64,000 nucleotides of DNA from an uncultured bacterium (GTDB taxonomy: Bacteria; Chloroflexota; UBA5177; JANWHV01): positions 160,001-224,000 of the forward strand of contig CAWHAE010000012.1 of assembly GCA_963827235.1 (NCBI GenBank), written 5' to 3'. This document shows positions 21,225 to 31,164 of the stretch, one piece after another. Position numbers and translations under genes: made by a program. Numbering within the stretch: position 1 is the stretch's first letter; each line of letters starts with the position of its first letter. The notes below the pieces were generated by a model. That model did no database searches. It saw only the letters and a list, made by a program, of their open reading frames with translations, and was not told the origin of the DNA.

Positions 21225-21508
21225 GTTCGCGCTCCCTGCCCCAGGTCTCGGCTCGGCCCGCGGACGATCTCTATCGCCTTGCCGGCACCTCACCCGGCCA
21301 CGCTGCCATCGTAGATCGCACGTGCATAAGGTGCCGCCGCAGGCACGACAGCGGACTGTACCGCAGTGCCGAGGCGGTGCCGGACATGCACTCTCCCGGC
21401 CGGGAAGCGGAGAATCAGGTCCGCCTGGCGGACACGGCAATGGGGAATCACGTGTTATGTTGGTGTTGGGGGATACGCACGTGCACGTGCCGGGAGGGGA
21501 CGGCGCTC

Positions 21509-21964
21509 ATGGCGGAGATTCGCATCGCGGCTGAACGGATGATATCGGCTCCTGCCGGCGACGTCTACCGCTACATTGCCGATTATCGCGAACACCATTT
21601 CCGCTTCCTTCCGCCCGCCTTCTCGGACTTTGCGGTCGATCAGGGCGGCGTGGGCAACGGCACCGTCGTCACCTTCCGCCTGCAAGCGGGCGGCCGCACG
21701 CGCCAGATGCAGATGCACGTCACAGAGCCCGCCCCCGGCCGGGTGCTGGTTGAGTCGAGCACGAGCTCCAGCGAGGTCACTAGCTTCACGGTGACTCCAG
21801 AGGGGTCCACGAGTCGCGTGCGAATCGAGACCAGCTTCATGGATAGCGGCGGCGTCAGGGGTGTGCTGGAGCGCGTGCTGGCACCGCGCATGCTCAAGCC
21901 ACTCTATCTGGACGAGCTCTCGCGCCTCGATGCTTATGCGCAGGAGCAGATTCGCGCCAACTGA
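21509..21964 (+). CDS. SRPBCC (polyketide cyclase/START-like) family protein
   Basis: ISAPAGDVYRYIADY, EPAPGRVLVE; RBS GGAGGG. Confidence 0.85.
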   Translation: MAEIRIAAERMISAPAGDVYRYIADYREHHFRFLPPAFSDFAVDQGGVGNGTVVTFRLQAGGRTRQMQMHVTEPAPGRVLVESSTSSSEVTSFTVTPEGSTSRVRIETSFMDSGGVRGVLERVLAPRMLKPLYLDELSRLDAYAQEQIRAN

Positions 21965-22119
21965 ACGACAGGCTGGCAGGGCTGTGCGGGGTTGGCAACC
22001 TTGCCCATCCGGCACCGCCGAGCTTGCGTCAGCGGCCCGGACCGCGGGACGACGAGCTTCTGCACACGAAAGCCGGACCTCGCCGGTCTGCGCTCGGCTG
22101 ACCTACTGCTGACGCCCCA

Positions 22120-22430
22120 TCTGCGCCTGAAGCGCGGCGCCGCAGGATTACCGCACCACCAGCCGGCATGGCAGCCACACGATCCCGCTCTCCCGCTCGC
22201 CGTTGATCATGGCCGGCATGCGACGTCCTGCCCGCAGACCCAGCTCGTAGATCTGCATGTCGACGGTGGTCAGCCGCGGCTGCGTATCTTCGGCGAACAG
22301 CTCCCAATTATCGAAGCCCACGATCGCGACGTCGTCAGGCACGCGCACGCCGCGCGCGGTCCTTCGATCAGCCCTGCCGCTATTTGGTCGTTGCCGCAGA
22401 ACACCCCGTCGACACGGGCGCGCTGCTCGA
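22120..22430 (-). pseudogene. C-terminal fragment of a LacI-family regulator
   Basis: DGVFCGNDQIA, frameshift near 22350, RVPDDVAIVGFDN, PRLTTV, RLVVR*SCG with in-frame stop; HTH absent. Confidence 0.85.
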
Positions 22431-22853
22431 ACGCCTTCTTTCCGCTGATCCTGCCCGCGTTCTTTGGCAACAGCTTCTACATCTTCCTGCTCCGCCAGAC
22501 CTTCCGCGGCATACCGAAGGAGCTGGAGGATGCCGCGCGTATCGACGGCGCGGGATTCCTGAGAGTGTTCCTGGTCATCATCCTGCCCCTGGCGAGGCCC
22601 GCGCTGGCCGTGGTCGCCACACTCACGTTTACGGGCGTCTGGAACGACTTTCTCAATCCGTTGATCTATTCTTAATAGCAACGACAAGTTCACGCTGGCG
22701 TTGGGCCTGCAGATGTTCTTGCAGGATCAGAGCGCGCCTTGGGCAGAGCTGATGGCCGCATGCACCATGGTGATCGTTCCCATGATCGTGGTGTTCCTCG
22801 TGTTCCAGCGCTCACTGATACAGGGCATTACGCTGGGTGGCTTGAAAGGATGA
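22430..22853 (+). pseudogene. C-terminal fragment of a carbohydrate ABC transporter permease
   Basis: IFLLRQTF, ELEDAARIDGAG (EAA loop), WNDFLNPLIY, extra base near 22670, then TLALGL...FQRSLIQGITLGGLKG*. Confidence 0.88.
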
Positions 22854-22908
22854 CTCTCGGATAAGCGCGGCGGACCCGGTCAGGCCGGCGGCGCCGCCGA
22901 CATGCACG

Positions 22909-24846
22909 ATGAATGGACAGGCGATGGTGCAGAACAGATGGCGTCCCGTACCGCTCGCGATGGTGAATCTCGACGATGACTTTTGGGCACCGCGCCAGCG
23001 GCTGAGCCGGGAAGTCACTCTCCCGTTCCAGTACAAGCAGCTACAGGAGGTTGGTCACCTTCGCGCGCTCGACCTGGCCTGGCAGCCCGGAGAGAAGCCG
23101 GTGCCCCACATCTTCTGGGAATCGGATATCGCGAAGTGGCTGGAGGCCGTGAGCTATAGCCTGGCCAAGACGCCGGACGCAGCCCTGGACGCGCTGGCGG
23201 ACCAAGTGATCGCCAAGCTGGCGGCTGCACAGCAACCCGATGGCTACCTGAACGTGTATTTCACGGTAGTCAAGCCGGGACGGCGATGGACGGATCTCCA
23301 TCACGCGCACGAGCTCTACTGCGCCGGCCACCTGATCGAGGCCGGCGTGGCCCACTTCGAGGCGACCGGCAAGCGCTCGCTGCTGGGCATCGTGTGCCGC
23401 TATGCGGACTGTATTGCCGCTGCCTTTGGCAGAGAGGAGGGCAAGATCCACGGCTATTGCGGTCACCCGGAGATCGAGCTCGCTCTGGTCCGGCTTTTCC
23501 ACGCCACCGGTGAACGGCGTTACCTCGACCTGAGCCGCTGTTTCGTCGACGAGCGCGGCCGGGAGCCGCACTACTTCGATCAGGAAGACCGGCAGCGCGG
23601 CGAGCCCGGCTACTTTGACGGCTGGCTGCGCCACAGCTCCGTTCAGGAGTCCCACGAGTACAACCAGTCGCACCTGCCGGTGCGCGAGCAGCGGCAGGCG
23701 GTCGGCCACGCGGTCCGAGCCATGTACCTGTACAGTGCCATGACCGATCTGGCCGGCGAGCTGGGCGACGAGGGCCTGTTGCAGGCCTGCCGCGGGCTGT
23801 GGGATCACCTGACCGGCCGGCGCATGTACGTGACGGGCGGTATCGGCACGGCGGCCCGGAACGAGGGCTTCACCACCGACTACGATCTGCCGAACCACAC
23901 CGCCTACGCGGAGACCTGCGCCGCCATCGGGCTGGTCTTCTGGTCGCAGCGCATGGCATTGCTCGAGCATGACGCCCGTTATGTCGACATCCTGGAGCGT
24001 GCGCTGTTCAATGGCGTGATCAGCGGCATATCGCTGGATGGGACGCGGTTCTTCTATACGAATCGCCTGGCAAGCGAGGGTGACGAGCACCGCAAGGAGT
24101 GGTTCGGCGTGGCCTGCTGCCCGCCGAACCTGGCGCGGTTGTTGTTGTCGCTGGGCCAGTACGTCTATGCCCACGGCGAGAATGAGCTGGCGGTCAACCT
24201 CTACATCGAGGGATCGATGCGCTGCACGGTGGCCGGCCGGCAGATCGAGATCCGGCAGGAGACCCAATATCCCTGGGGAGAGACAGTGGCGCTGCACGTC
24301 GACGTTCCGGAGCCCACGGAGCTGGACCTCTTGCTGCGCATACCCGGCTGGTGCCGGCAAGCCTTGGTAGAGGTGAACGGCCGCGCCGAGCCGCTCGACG
24401 GCGTGGTCGAGCGCGGTTACGCTCGGTTGCGGCGCACGTGGTCGTTCGGCGATGTCGTCATGCTCAAGCTGCCGATGCCGGTCGAGCGTCTGCGCGCACA
24501 TCCGGCCGTGCACTACGATGCCGGGTGCGTCGCCCTGCAGCGCGGTCCGCTCGTCTACTGCCTGGAGACGGCCGACAACCGGGTGCCGCTGCAGCGCGTG
24601 CTGATTCCGGAGCAAACCGGCTTCGAGGTCGGCTTCGAGCCCGGGCTGCTGGGCGGGGCCGCCGTGCTGCGGTGCGCGGCCTGGGCGGAAGAGACCGACG
24701 CCGCGGCGCCCCTCTACGGCGTCGACCCGCCGCGGCGCGTGCCCGTCTCGCTCACCGCGATTCCATACTACGCCTGGGACAACCGGGGGGGCGGCCAGAT
24801 GCGGGTGTGGCTGCGCGCGATGGACGGAAGCGCCGGCAATCGATAG
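22909..24846 (+). CDS. Glycoside hydrolase family 127 (beta-L-arabinofuranosidase-like)
   Basis: HELYCAGH, GHPEIELAL, GHAVRAMY, YAETCA, ACCPPN, PYYAWDNRG. Confidence 0.95.
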   Translation: MNGQAMVQNRWRPVPLAMVNLDDDFWAPRQRLSREVTLPFQYKQLQEVGHLRALDLAWQPGEKPVPHIFWESDIAKWLEAVSYSLAKTPDAALDALADQVIAKLAAAQQPDGYLNVYFTVVKPGRRWTDLHHAHELYCAGHLIEAGVAHFEATGKRSLLGIVCRYADCIAAAFGREEGKIHGYCGHPEIELALVRLFHATGERRYLDLSRCFVDERGREPHYFDQEDRQRGEPGYFDGWLRHSSVQESHEYNQSHLPVREQRQAVGHAVRAMYLYSAMTDLAGELGDEGLLQACRGLWDHLTGRRMYVTGGIGTAARNEGFTTDYDLPNHTAYAETCAAIGLVFWSQRMALLEHDARYVDILERALFNGVISGISLDGTRFFYTNRLASEGDEHRKEWFGVACCPPNLARLLLSLGQYVYAHGENELAVNLYIEGSMRCTVAGRQIEIRQETQYPWGETVALHVDVPEPTELDLLLRIPGWCRQALVEVNGRAEPLDGVVERGYARLRRTWSFGDVVMLKLPMPVERLRAHPAVHYDAGCVALQRGPLVYCLETADNRVPLQRVLIPEQTGFEVGFEPGLLGGAAVLRCAAWAEETDAAAPLYGVDPPRRVPVSLTAIPYYAWDNRGGGQMRVWLRAMDGSAGNR

Positions 24847-24899
24847 CGCCTCCGCGGGCGCACTTCGCTTGGGGCGGACTGGCCGGCTCGCTCAGCCGG

Positions 24900-25424
24900 T
24901 CACGCCCGCTCTGGGCAGGGGTGGGTAGGCCGCAACAGGACGCTGCCGATGGCGTCGAGATCGTGCAGGACCCGGCACAACTCCGCGCGCCGCTGCCCGT
25001 CCCAGCCAGCGAGCAGATCGCGGAGCGCTTGTCGCGCCTGGTTGTGCACTTCCCCCAGCACGGCGTGACCCTTCGGCGTCAGCCGGACCAATACTCGGCG
25101 TCGATCGATCTCGCTGTGGGACCGCTCGCAGTATCCTTCTGCCACCAGGTCATCCAGCGCGGCAGTGATTGCCGCGCCGGACAGCCAGGCCCGCCGGGCA
25201 AGCTCGCCCGGCTGGGCTCCGTCGCAATGCACCTGCTCGAGCTCGGCAACCATCATCAGCAGGAAAACATGCTGCGTGCCGAGATTGCTACTGCGCAGCT
25301 GCGACTTGAAGGCTCTGGTCACTCGCGGCAGGACGCGCACCAGGGCTTCGATGCACTCCTCGACCGAAGGGTCCTGGCCTGCCTCGCCGGCCACTCCTGC
25401 CGCTCTGTCTGTCTCAATTACCAT
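24900..25424 (-). CDS. MarR family transcriptional regulator
   Basis: PGELARR, AALDDLVAEGY, DRRRVLVRLTPKG wing motif. Confidence 0.88.
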   Translation of the reverse strand: MVIETDRAAGVAGEAGQDPSVEECIEALVRVLPRVTRAFKSQLRSSNLGTQHVFLLMMVAELEQVHCDGAQPGELARRAWLSGAAITAALDDLVAEGYCERSHSEIDRRRVLVRLTPKGHAVLGEVHNQARQALRDLLAGWDGQRRAELCRVLHDLDAIGSVLLRPTHPCPERA

Positions 25425-25432
25425 TGAATCAG

Positions 25433-26968
25433 TTAACCCGCCATCTCGAGGACGGGGGCCTCGACGGATGCAGTCGCGTGCTCGGTAGCCGTCGCCACCC
25501 CGCCGCTGCGGCGTATGGTCAGGCCCAGGAGCGCGCCGGCCAGGGAAATCACGGCCGTCAATAACAGTGTACCGCTGAACGCACTGGCGAACAGATTGGC
25601 TGCTTGGAGCTGCAGACCGGCGGCTTGTGTCGCGGTTGCGGCCGCGTGCCCATGCGGAGCGCTGAGCAGGGTGGTTGCCCGGTGAAAGCTAGGCCGGGAA
25701 GCCAGCACAGTCGAGAGGCTGGCAATGGCCAGCGAGTTGACCACACTCTGCAGGGCCGCCGTCAGCGACGTGACGCGGCTGACCAGCCTGCGCGGGGCCG
25801 AGTTCAGGATGTGCGTGCTGAGCGGCATCATCATCAGCGCCATGCCCGCGCCGCGCAGCATAAGGGGAAAGATGAGCGACGTCTCCACGGTGCCGCCGTT
25901 GATGCGGGTCAACAGGAATGTGCCGAGGGCGACCAGGCCAAGCCCACCCGCCACGAGCGGTCTGGCACCAACCCTATCGAAGAGCCGGCCGCCGATCGGC
26001 ATGAACGCGGCAGCGGTCAGGGCCTGGGCCATCATCACCAGTCCGGTGTCGAAGGGCCCGTAGTTGCGTACCTGCTGCAGGAAGAGCGGTACCAGGAAGA
26101 TGCCGCCAAACAGCGCCACCTGACCGATCCACTGCGCTACCACGGCAATCGAGAAGTCGATGGAGCGGAACACGCGCATCTCGATCAGGGGCTTGCTTGC
26201 CCTCAGCTCGACCAGTACGAACGCCACTACGGCCACGACACCGCCCAGCAGACCGCCGAGCGTGTTGGCCGAGGTCCAGCTCGTCGCGCCTTCGCTCACG
26301 CCGTAGGACAGCATGGCGAACGCGAGCGGGCCCAGGATCATGCCGGGAAGATCCAGGTCACCGGCGTCATGCGTCTCGACCAGGGGCAGCTTGCGCAGGC
26401 CCAGCCACAGGGCCATCAGGCCGATGGGCAGATTGATGGAGAAGATCCAGCGCCAGTTGGCATACTCCACCAGCCAGCCGGAGACGGTAGGACCGACCGC
26501 CGGCGCGAAGAGAATCGGGATGCCGATCGTACCCATCACCACGCCGCGCTTGTCGGGTGGGCTCAGCCTGTAGGTGTATGCCAGGCCGATCGGCATCAAG
26601 CAGCCGCCGCCCAGACCCTGCAGGATGCGGAACGCGATCAGCATCTCGTTGCTCTGGGCAAGCGCGCAGAGGCCGGAACCCAGCGTGAACAGCGCGATGG
26701 CCGTCAGGAATACCTGCTTGGCGCCGAAGCGATCGGACAGCCAGCCCGCCAGGGGAATCACCGCGGCCTGCGCAAGCATGTAGCCAGTGAGGACCCACTG
26801 CAGGGAAGACAGTGGGACGTGGAAGTCTTTGACCAACGTCGGCAGGGCCACGTTGACCGCGGTGGCGTCGAGGACCACCATGAACAGGCCGACCACGATG
26901 GTCAGCAAGGGCATCATAATCGAACGCAAGCGGAACGGCGCGGTAGTCGCCGTGGCCTGTGCTTCCAT
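25433..26968 (-). CDS. DHA2 (EmrB/QacA) MFS efflux transporter
   Basis: MVVLDATAVNVALP, GWLSDRFG, RILQGLGGG, WRWIFSINLPIG; RBS GGAG before ATG 26968. Confidence 0.93.
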   Translation of the reverse strand: MEAQATATTAPFRLRSIMMPLLTIVVGLFMVVLDATAVNVALPTLVKDFHVPLSSLQWVLTGYMLAQAAVIPLAGWLSDRFGAKQVFLTAIALFTLGSGLCALAQSNEMLIAFRILQGLGGGCLMPIGLAYTYRLSPPDKRGVVMGTIGIPILFAPAVGPTVSGWLVEYANWRWIFSINLPIGLMALWLGLRKLPLVETHDAGDLDLPGMILGPLAFAMLSYGVSEGATSWTSANTLGGLLGGVVAVVAFVLVELRASKPLIEMRVFRSIDFSIAVVAQWIGQVALFGGIFLVPLFLQQVRNYGPFDTGLVMMAQALTAAAFMPIGGRLFDRVGARPLVAGGLGLVALGTFLLTRINGGTVETSLIFPLMLRGAGMALMMMPLSTHILNSAPRRLVSRVTSLTAALQSVVNSLAIASLSTVLASRPSFHRATTLLSAPHGHAAATATQAAGLQLQAANLFASAFSGTLLLTAVISLAGALLGLTIRRSGGVATATEHATASVEAPVLEMAG

Positions 26969-27016
26969 AAGTTCGTCTCCAGTCGCACTCGCTTTGGAAC
27001 CCGTTGTCAACAGCCG

Positions 27017-27037
27017 GTGAACTATTCACTAAGTGAA
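27017..27037. promoter_or_regulatory. Putative MarR operator upstream of the MFS-marR operon
   Basis: Overlapping palindromes GTGAA-CTA-TTCAC and TTCACT-A-AGTGAA in an AT-rich patch. Confidence 0.55.
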
Positions 27038-27109
27038 ATATACTCCACGTGAAAGGTAATCGCAAGCAAGTGTTGCGAGGATTACAGAAGGTCGCCGCAA
27101 GCCCAGACA

Positions 27110-27438
27110 AGGTCCGCGGTTGGATCGGTCCTCGGTGCCGGCTCGCCGAACAGAACGGGGAAATCCTCGGCTTGTTGTCTGCGCGCGTCCGTGTCGGCGA
27201 AGGGCTGGCCGTGATCCCGGCAGACGAGCGGTATCTGCGAATCGACGAGCACTTCGTGGTGCCTGAGCAGCGCGATATGGGTCCGGGCGGCCGGTTACTC
27301 GACCGCGTGATCGCCGAAGCGGCGGAGCAAGGGGTCCATCGAGGCCCGGTCTACTCAGCAGCCGGGCAGTGGCAGCGCATCATCAGCTTCTATGAGCGCC
27401 ACAGTTGCAAGATGTGGTGCGTGAAGCCGCGCCGCTGA
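27110..27438 (+). pseudogene. N-terminally truncated, degenerate GNAT acetyltransferase
   Basis: LAEQNGEILG, FVVPEQRDMGPGGRLL (degenerate motif A), FYERH. Confidence 0.6.
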
Positions 27439-27520
27439 GGGCCGGGCAGCGGGCGAGACGGGGGCAACCCACGCGCCACGGCGACGAGCCCGGCTTCTGC
27501 CGGCAGCCCGTGGCGGCGTG

Positions 27521-28105
27521 CTACCGGGCGCCCGGATCGACCCAGCGAGGATTGTCCACGATCGCCGGCGCCCCCTCCCGCTCGACCACGAGCTTGCGGA
27601 AACCCTGCCGCTCAATGCTGCCGTAGTCGTGGCCGGCATCAGCCGGATAGGCAAAGAACATGACCAGATCGGCGTCGCCCACGTTGACGGACCGGTGGGC
27701 CCAACGAGGTGGAACGTAGAGAATGGTGCCTTCGCTCATCGGCTCGACCGCCCACTCCCCTTCCGGGGTTTCCATGACCATGAAGCCCCGGCCGCCCAGG
27801 CAATGGTAGACCTCGGCCGTCTCCAGCACGGCGTGAAAGTGTCCCTTGGTCATGAAGTACTCGGCGCCCACTTTGCCCGGGTGCACGATCGAGACGCCGT
27901 GCGGTAGCTCCCCGGCTACCGGCGGGCGCTCGAGCTCGAACACCTCGTAGAGCACCACGTCGGCCGCTTGCAGCATCGCCGCATAGGCACTCTGATCCGC
28001 GTACTGCCCCCGCATCGAGGACAGCCGGCGCTCGATGCGGCGCGCGGTCCGGCTTGGCCGGCCTTCGGGCAGCGCAATACTGAAGCCGTAGGGTCTGTCG
28101 ATCAT
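27521..28105 (-). CDS. Cupin-type (archaeal-like) glucose-6-phosphate isomerase family protein
   Basis: PGKVGAEYFMTKGHFH, AEVY, YVPPRWAHRSVN, AGHDYG. Confidence 0.9.
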   Translation of the reverse strand: MIDRPYGFSIALPEGRPSRTARRIERRLSSMRGQYADQSAYAAMLQAADVVLYEVFELERPPVAGELPHGVSIVHPGKVGAEYFMTKGHFHAVLETAEVYHCLGGRGFMVMETPEGEWAVEPMSEGTILYVPPRWAHRSVNVGDADLVMFFAYPADAGHDYGSIERQGFRKLVVEREGAPAIVDNPRWVDPGAR

Positions 28106-28127
28106 CGTTATCTCCCGGGTCTGCGAT

Positions 28128-28931
28128 TCAACCATCAGTATCGGCCTGCGCGGCGCGCGGCGCCGGCGCCGCGGGCACACCATCCAGGCCAGCCACCACT
28201 TCGATCTCGAACTTGCTGCGATCCCCGCGATGCCAGGCCACATAGTATTCGAGGGGCCTGCCGTCCTGCAGATAGCTCACGCTTTCCATGCGGAAGAGCG
28301 GAGCGCCCTTGTTGACGCCCAGCAACGCGCTGATCGGCCGCTGCGCGGCCACGGCCTCCAGCACTCGTACGCCGGAGAAGACGGCCAGGCCGTAGCGCGT
28401 GCGCAGCAGCTCGTAGAGCGATCCCGCCGTGAGGTCCGCCGCGGCGAGGTCCGGGCAAAGATCGCAGGGAATGTAGGTGGTGACGAGCTGCATCGGCTCG
28501 TCGTCCACGAAGCGCAGACGCTCGATCTTGATCGTGGGGCTGCGCTCGGCCAGCCGAAGATGGTCCCGAACGTTCGGCGGCGCTTCCACGACGCGCTGCT
28601 CCAGTACGGAGGATCGCACGGAAAAGCCCCGGCCCGTCATCTCGCGGTAGAAGCCGTCCGACCGCTGGATGAATCGCTCCTTCAGCTTGGCGGGCGTGAC
28701 GAACGTGCCTTTGCCCTTCACGCGGTAGAGCAGACCCTTGGTGACGAGCTCGCCGAGCGCCTGCCGCACCACGGTGCGGCTGACGCTGAACGTGCGGCAG
28801 AGCTCGTGCTCGGACGGAATGGCGGCGTTCGGCGGCCACGATCCTGCTTGGATCTCGCTTTGCAGCACCTGTATGAGCTGATAGTAGTAGGGTATGGGAA
28901 CGTCTCGGCGGATTGACACTTCGACCGGCAT
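28128..28931 (-). CDS. GntR (HutC/UTRA) family transcriptional regulator
   Basis: IPSEHEL, VSRTVVRQAL, GKGTFV HTH plus UTRA domain. Confidence 0.94.
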   Translation of the reverse strand: MPVEVSIRRDVPIPYYYQLIQVLQSEIQAGSWPPNAAIPSEHELCRTFSVSRTVVRQALGELVTKGLLYRVKGKGTFVTPAKLKERFIQRSDGFYREMTGRGFSVRSSVLEQRVVEAPPNVRDHLRLAERSPTIKIERLRFVDDEPMQLVTTYIPCDLCPDLAAADLTAGSLYELLRTRYGLAVFSGVRVLEAVAAQRPISALLGVNKGAPLFRMESVSYLQDGRPLEYYVAWHRGDRSKFEIEVVAGLDGVPAAPAPRAAQADTDG

Positions 28932-28948
28932 GGGATCGTGCCTCGCAA

Positions 28949-29014
28949 CCTGTAATGACAAGAGTGCAGAGCCTGTCTAGGCCAGATTATATGGACCTGC
29001 CGGTCGCGCGTCAA
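28949..29014 (-). promoter_or_regulatory. sigma70 promoter of gntR-pgi with downstream operator
   Basis: TTGACG (29014-29009), 17 bp, TATAAT (28991-28986); operator CCTGTAATGACAAG 28949-28962. Confidence 0.75.
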
Positions 29015-29145
29015 TCGGCGGACCCCGCGGATGGCCCGCGGCCCGCTATCTCCCACGAGTACCGGCCCAGTTATCGTTCGACAAGCCTTCCCCTGCTCGA
29101 GCAGCCGCGGGCCGGACACCGCCGCTCCCTGTTGCCGGCGAGCCT

Positions 29146-30108
29146 CTACACGGACGGCGCGGACGGCGTGTTTGTCGGCAAGGCGGGCCGGGCGAAGGTC
29201 GCGGCCCGCGACAGCTCGCTGAGCTCGTGAGCCGAGATCCGGCGGTCGAATACCTCTTCGATCACGCAGGTCCAGCCGTAGATGAAGTATTGCCAGCCAT
29301 CCTCCACGCGCACGCCGCGCGTTTGCCGCTGCGACCAGGCCTGGTAGAGGAAGGGCAGCTCGCCCCGATAGTTGAGCTCCCAAGCGATGCCCTGCTCGGG
29401 GAACCGCGAATCGTCGGTCACCGGCGAGCCGGGCGTATCTTTCCCCATGCCCGTGGCGTTGATCACCAGCGATCCGGGCGGCATCCTGTCGACCAGCCGA
29501 TCGTTGTCCCGAGGATCGGCGCTCTGCACGTACTCCACGGCGACGTCGGAGTCGATCTGCCCGTGCAAGGCCCCCAGCGTCGCCAACCGGCCCGCACTCC
29601 TGTTTGTGACGATGATCCTGGCCGGCCGATCGCCCGGCTGTGGGCGTGACATCAGGTGCAGTGTGATCGCCACCCCCGAGCCGCCGGCGCCAAAGCAGAG
29701 CACGTGGCCCCCCGTCCTGGCGAAATAACCGCTGCCGAGAATGTCTTCGAGTGAATGTCCGGCCGAGATGGGGTCCTTGGCCCAACCGAGCAGGCGCCCA
29801 TCGCGCTTGGCCAGGCACGAGACCTCGTTGCACAGCCGGGCGTAGTGATCCGCATCGTCGAACAGATCGCGGCTGGCCTGAAACAGGTCGAGCTTGTGCG
29901 TTGTCACCAGCGCGCCGAGCTTGTCGGGGTCATCCTTGAGCTGCCGCACCGCCTCCCGGTACTGCTCGGCCGGCGCGTGAATGGGAAAGTCCCAGCCGGC
30001 CAGCTCGACGTCGCCGCCCAGCCCCAGCAGGTCCCGCCAGCGAGGAAAGATCTGCATCATGGACGATTTGGTGGTGGTCACGCCGAAGAAGATGAACTGC
30101 CGGCTCAT
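29146..30108 (-). CDS. Shikimate dehydrogenase-like NAD(P)-dependent oxidoreductase
   Basis: LVTTHK, GAGGSG, TNRS, INATGMGK, DGWQYF. Confidence 0.8.
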   Translation of the reverse strand: MSRQFIFFGVTTTKSSMMQIFPRWRDLLGLGGDVELAGWDFPIHAPAEQYREAVRQLKDDPDKLGALVTTHKLDLFQASRDLFDDADHYARLCNEVSCLAKRDGRLLGWAKDPISAGHSLEDILGSGYFARTGGHVLCFGAGGSGVAITLHLMSRPQPGDRPARIIVTNRSAGRLATLGALHGQIDSDVAVEYVQSADPRDNDRLVDRMPPGSLVINATGMGKDTPGSPVTDDSRFPEQGIAWELNYRGELPFLYQAWSQRQTRGVRVEDGWQYFIYGWTCVIEEVFDRRISAHELSELSRAATFARPALPTNTPSAPSV

Positions 30109-31115
30109 GGTGCATTCTCCATTCGCAAAGCCACGGCATGCAGCGGCGGCCGGCCTGCCAGCACGGTCAGCAGATCCTGCAGAGCGCCTCGCCCCATCGC
30201 CGCCGTGGCCTCCGCCGTGTGGGCCCCTATGTGCGGGGTGACGATCACGTCCTCGCGATGCAGCAAGGGGTTGTCGGGCGACGGCGGCTCTTCGCGCCAT
30301 GCGTCGAGCGCGGCACCCCCCAGGCGTCCTGAATCGAGCGCCCACACCAGATCCGCTTCCACGACGAGCTCGCCGCGCGCCGTATTCACCAAGAAGGCCC
30401 CCTCGCGAGCCAGCGACAGCAGCTCGCGGTTCACGATCCCGCGCGTCTGATCGGTGAGCGGAGCGTGCAGGCTGAGTATGTGTGCTTCGGAGACGACCTC
30501 GTGCAACGAAGCCAGGCGGATGTGGTGCGACGCGGCGTAGGCACGGTCGGCAAACGGATCGTAGGCGATCACGGCGCAGCCCAGGGCCTCGGCCCTGCGA
30601 GCCACGGCCCGTCCGATACGGCCCAGCCCGATCAGGCCGACGGTCTTGCCGGCCACCTCGGTCCCCTTCGCGCCCTTCCAGCGTCCGGCGCGCGCGGCGC
30701 GATCTGCCTTGCTGATCGACCGCGTCAGATCGAACATCAGGCCGATCGCCAGCTCCGCCACCGACTCGGTGTTGGCGTCGGGCGTGTTGGTCACCACCAC
30801 GCCGTGCTCGGCAGCGGATCTGAGATCCACGTTGCTCGTCCCCGTACCGTAGCGGGCGACGACTCGCAGCCGGGGAGCGGCGGCGAACACGCCGGCGTCG
30901 ATCTCGTCGAGGCCGGCAAGAAGCCCGTCGACCTCCGCGATCTCGGCCTGCAGCTCCACGGCCTTCAGAGGCCGGCCTCGATCGTTGTACCGCACCTGCC
31001 CGACCGCGGCTTCCAGCTCCCGGCGCAGTGCCGGATCGTCCGCGCCGAAAGAGCGCGGCGTCACCAGCACGACACACTGCTCGAGCGCCCGGCTTGGCTG
31101 ATTGCTCATCTGCAT
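30105..31115 (-). CDS. D-isomer-specific 2-hydroxyacid dehydrogenase (phosphoglycerate dehydrogenase-like)
   Basis: RYGTGTSNVD, GLGRIG, NTARGELV, EP, TPHIG. Confidence 0.92.
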   Translation of the reverse strand: MQMSNQPSRALEQCVVLVTPRSFGADDPALRRELEAAVGQVRYNDRGRPLKAVELQAEIAEVDGLLAGLDEIDAGVFAAAPRLRVVARYGTGTSNVDLRSAAEHGVVVTNTPDANTESVAELAIGLMFDLTRSISKADRAARAGRWKGAKGTEVAGKTVGLIGLGRIGRAVARRAEALGCAVIAYDPFADRAYAASHHIRLASLHEVVSEAHILSLHAPLTDQTRGIVNRELLSLAREGAFLVNTARGELVVEADLVWALDSGRLGGAALDAWREEPPSPDNPLLHREDVIVTPHIGAHTAEATAAMGRGALQDLLTVLAGRPPLHAVALRMENAP

Positions 31116-31164
31116 ACATTCCCCGACTCAATGCGCGGCCGGAGCGTTCCCTCCCCGGCGGCGC

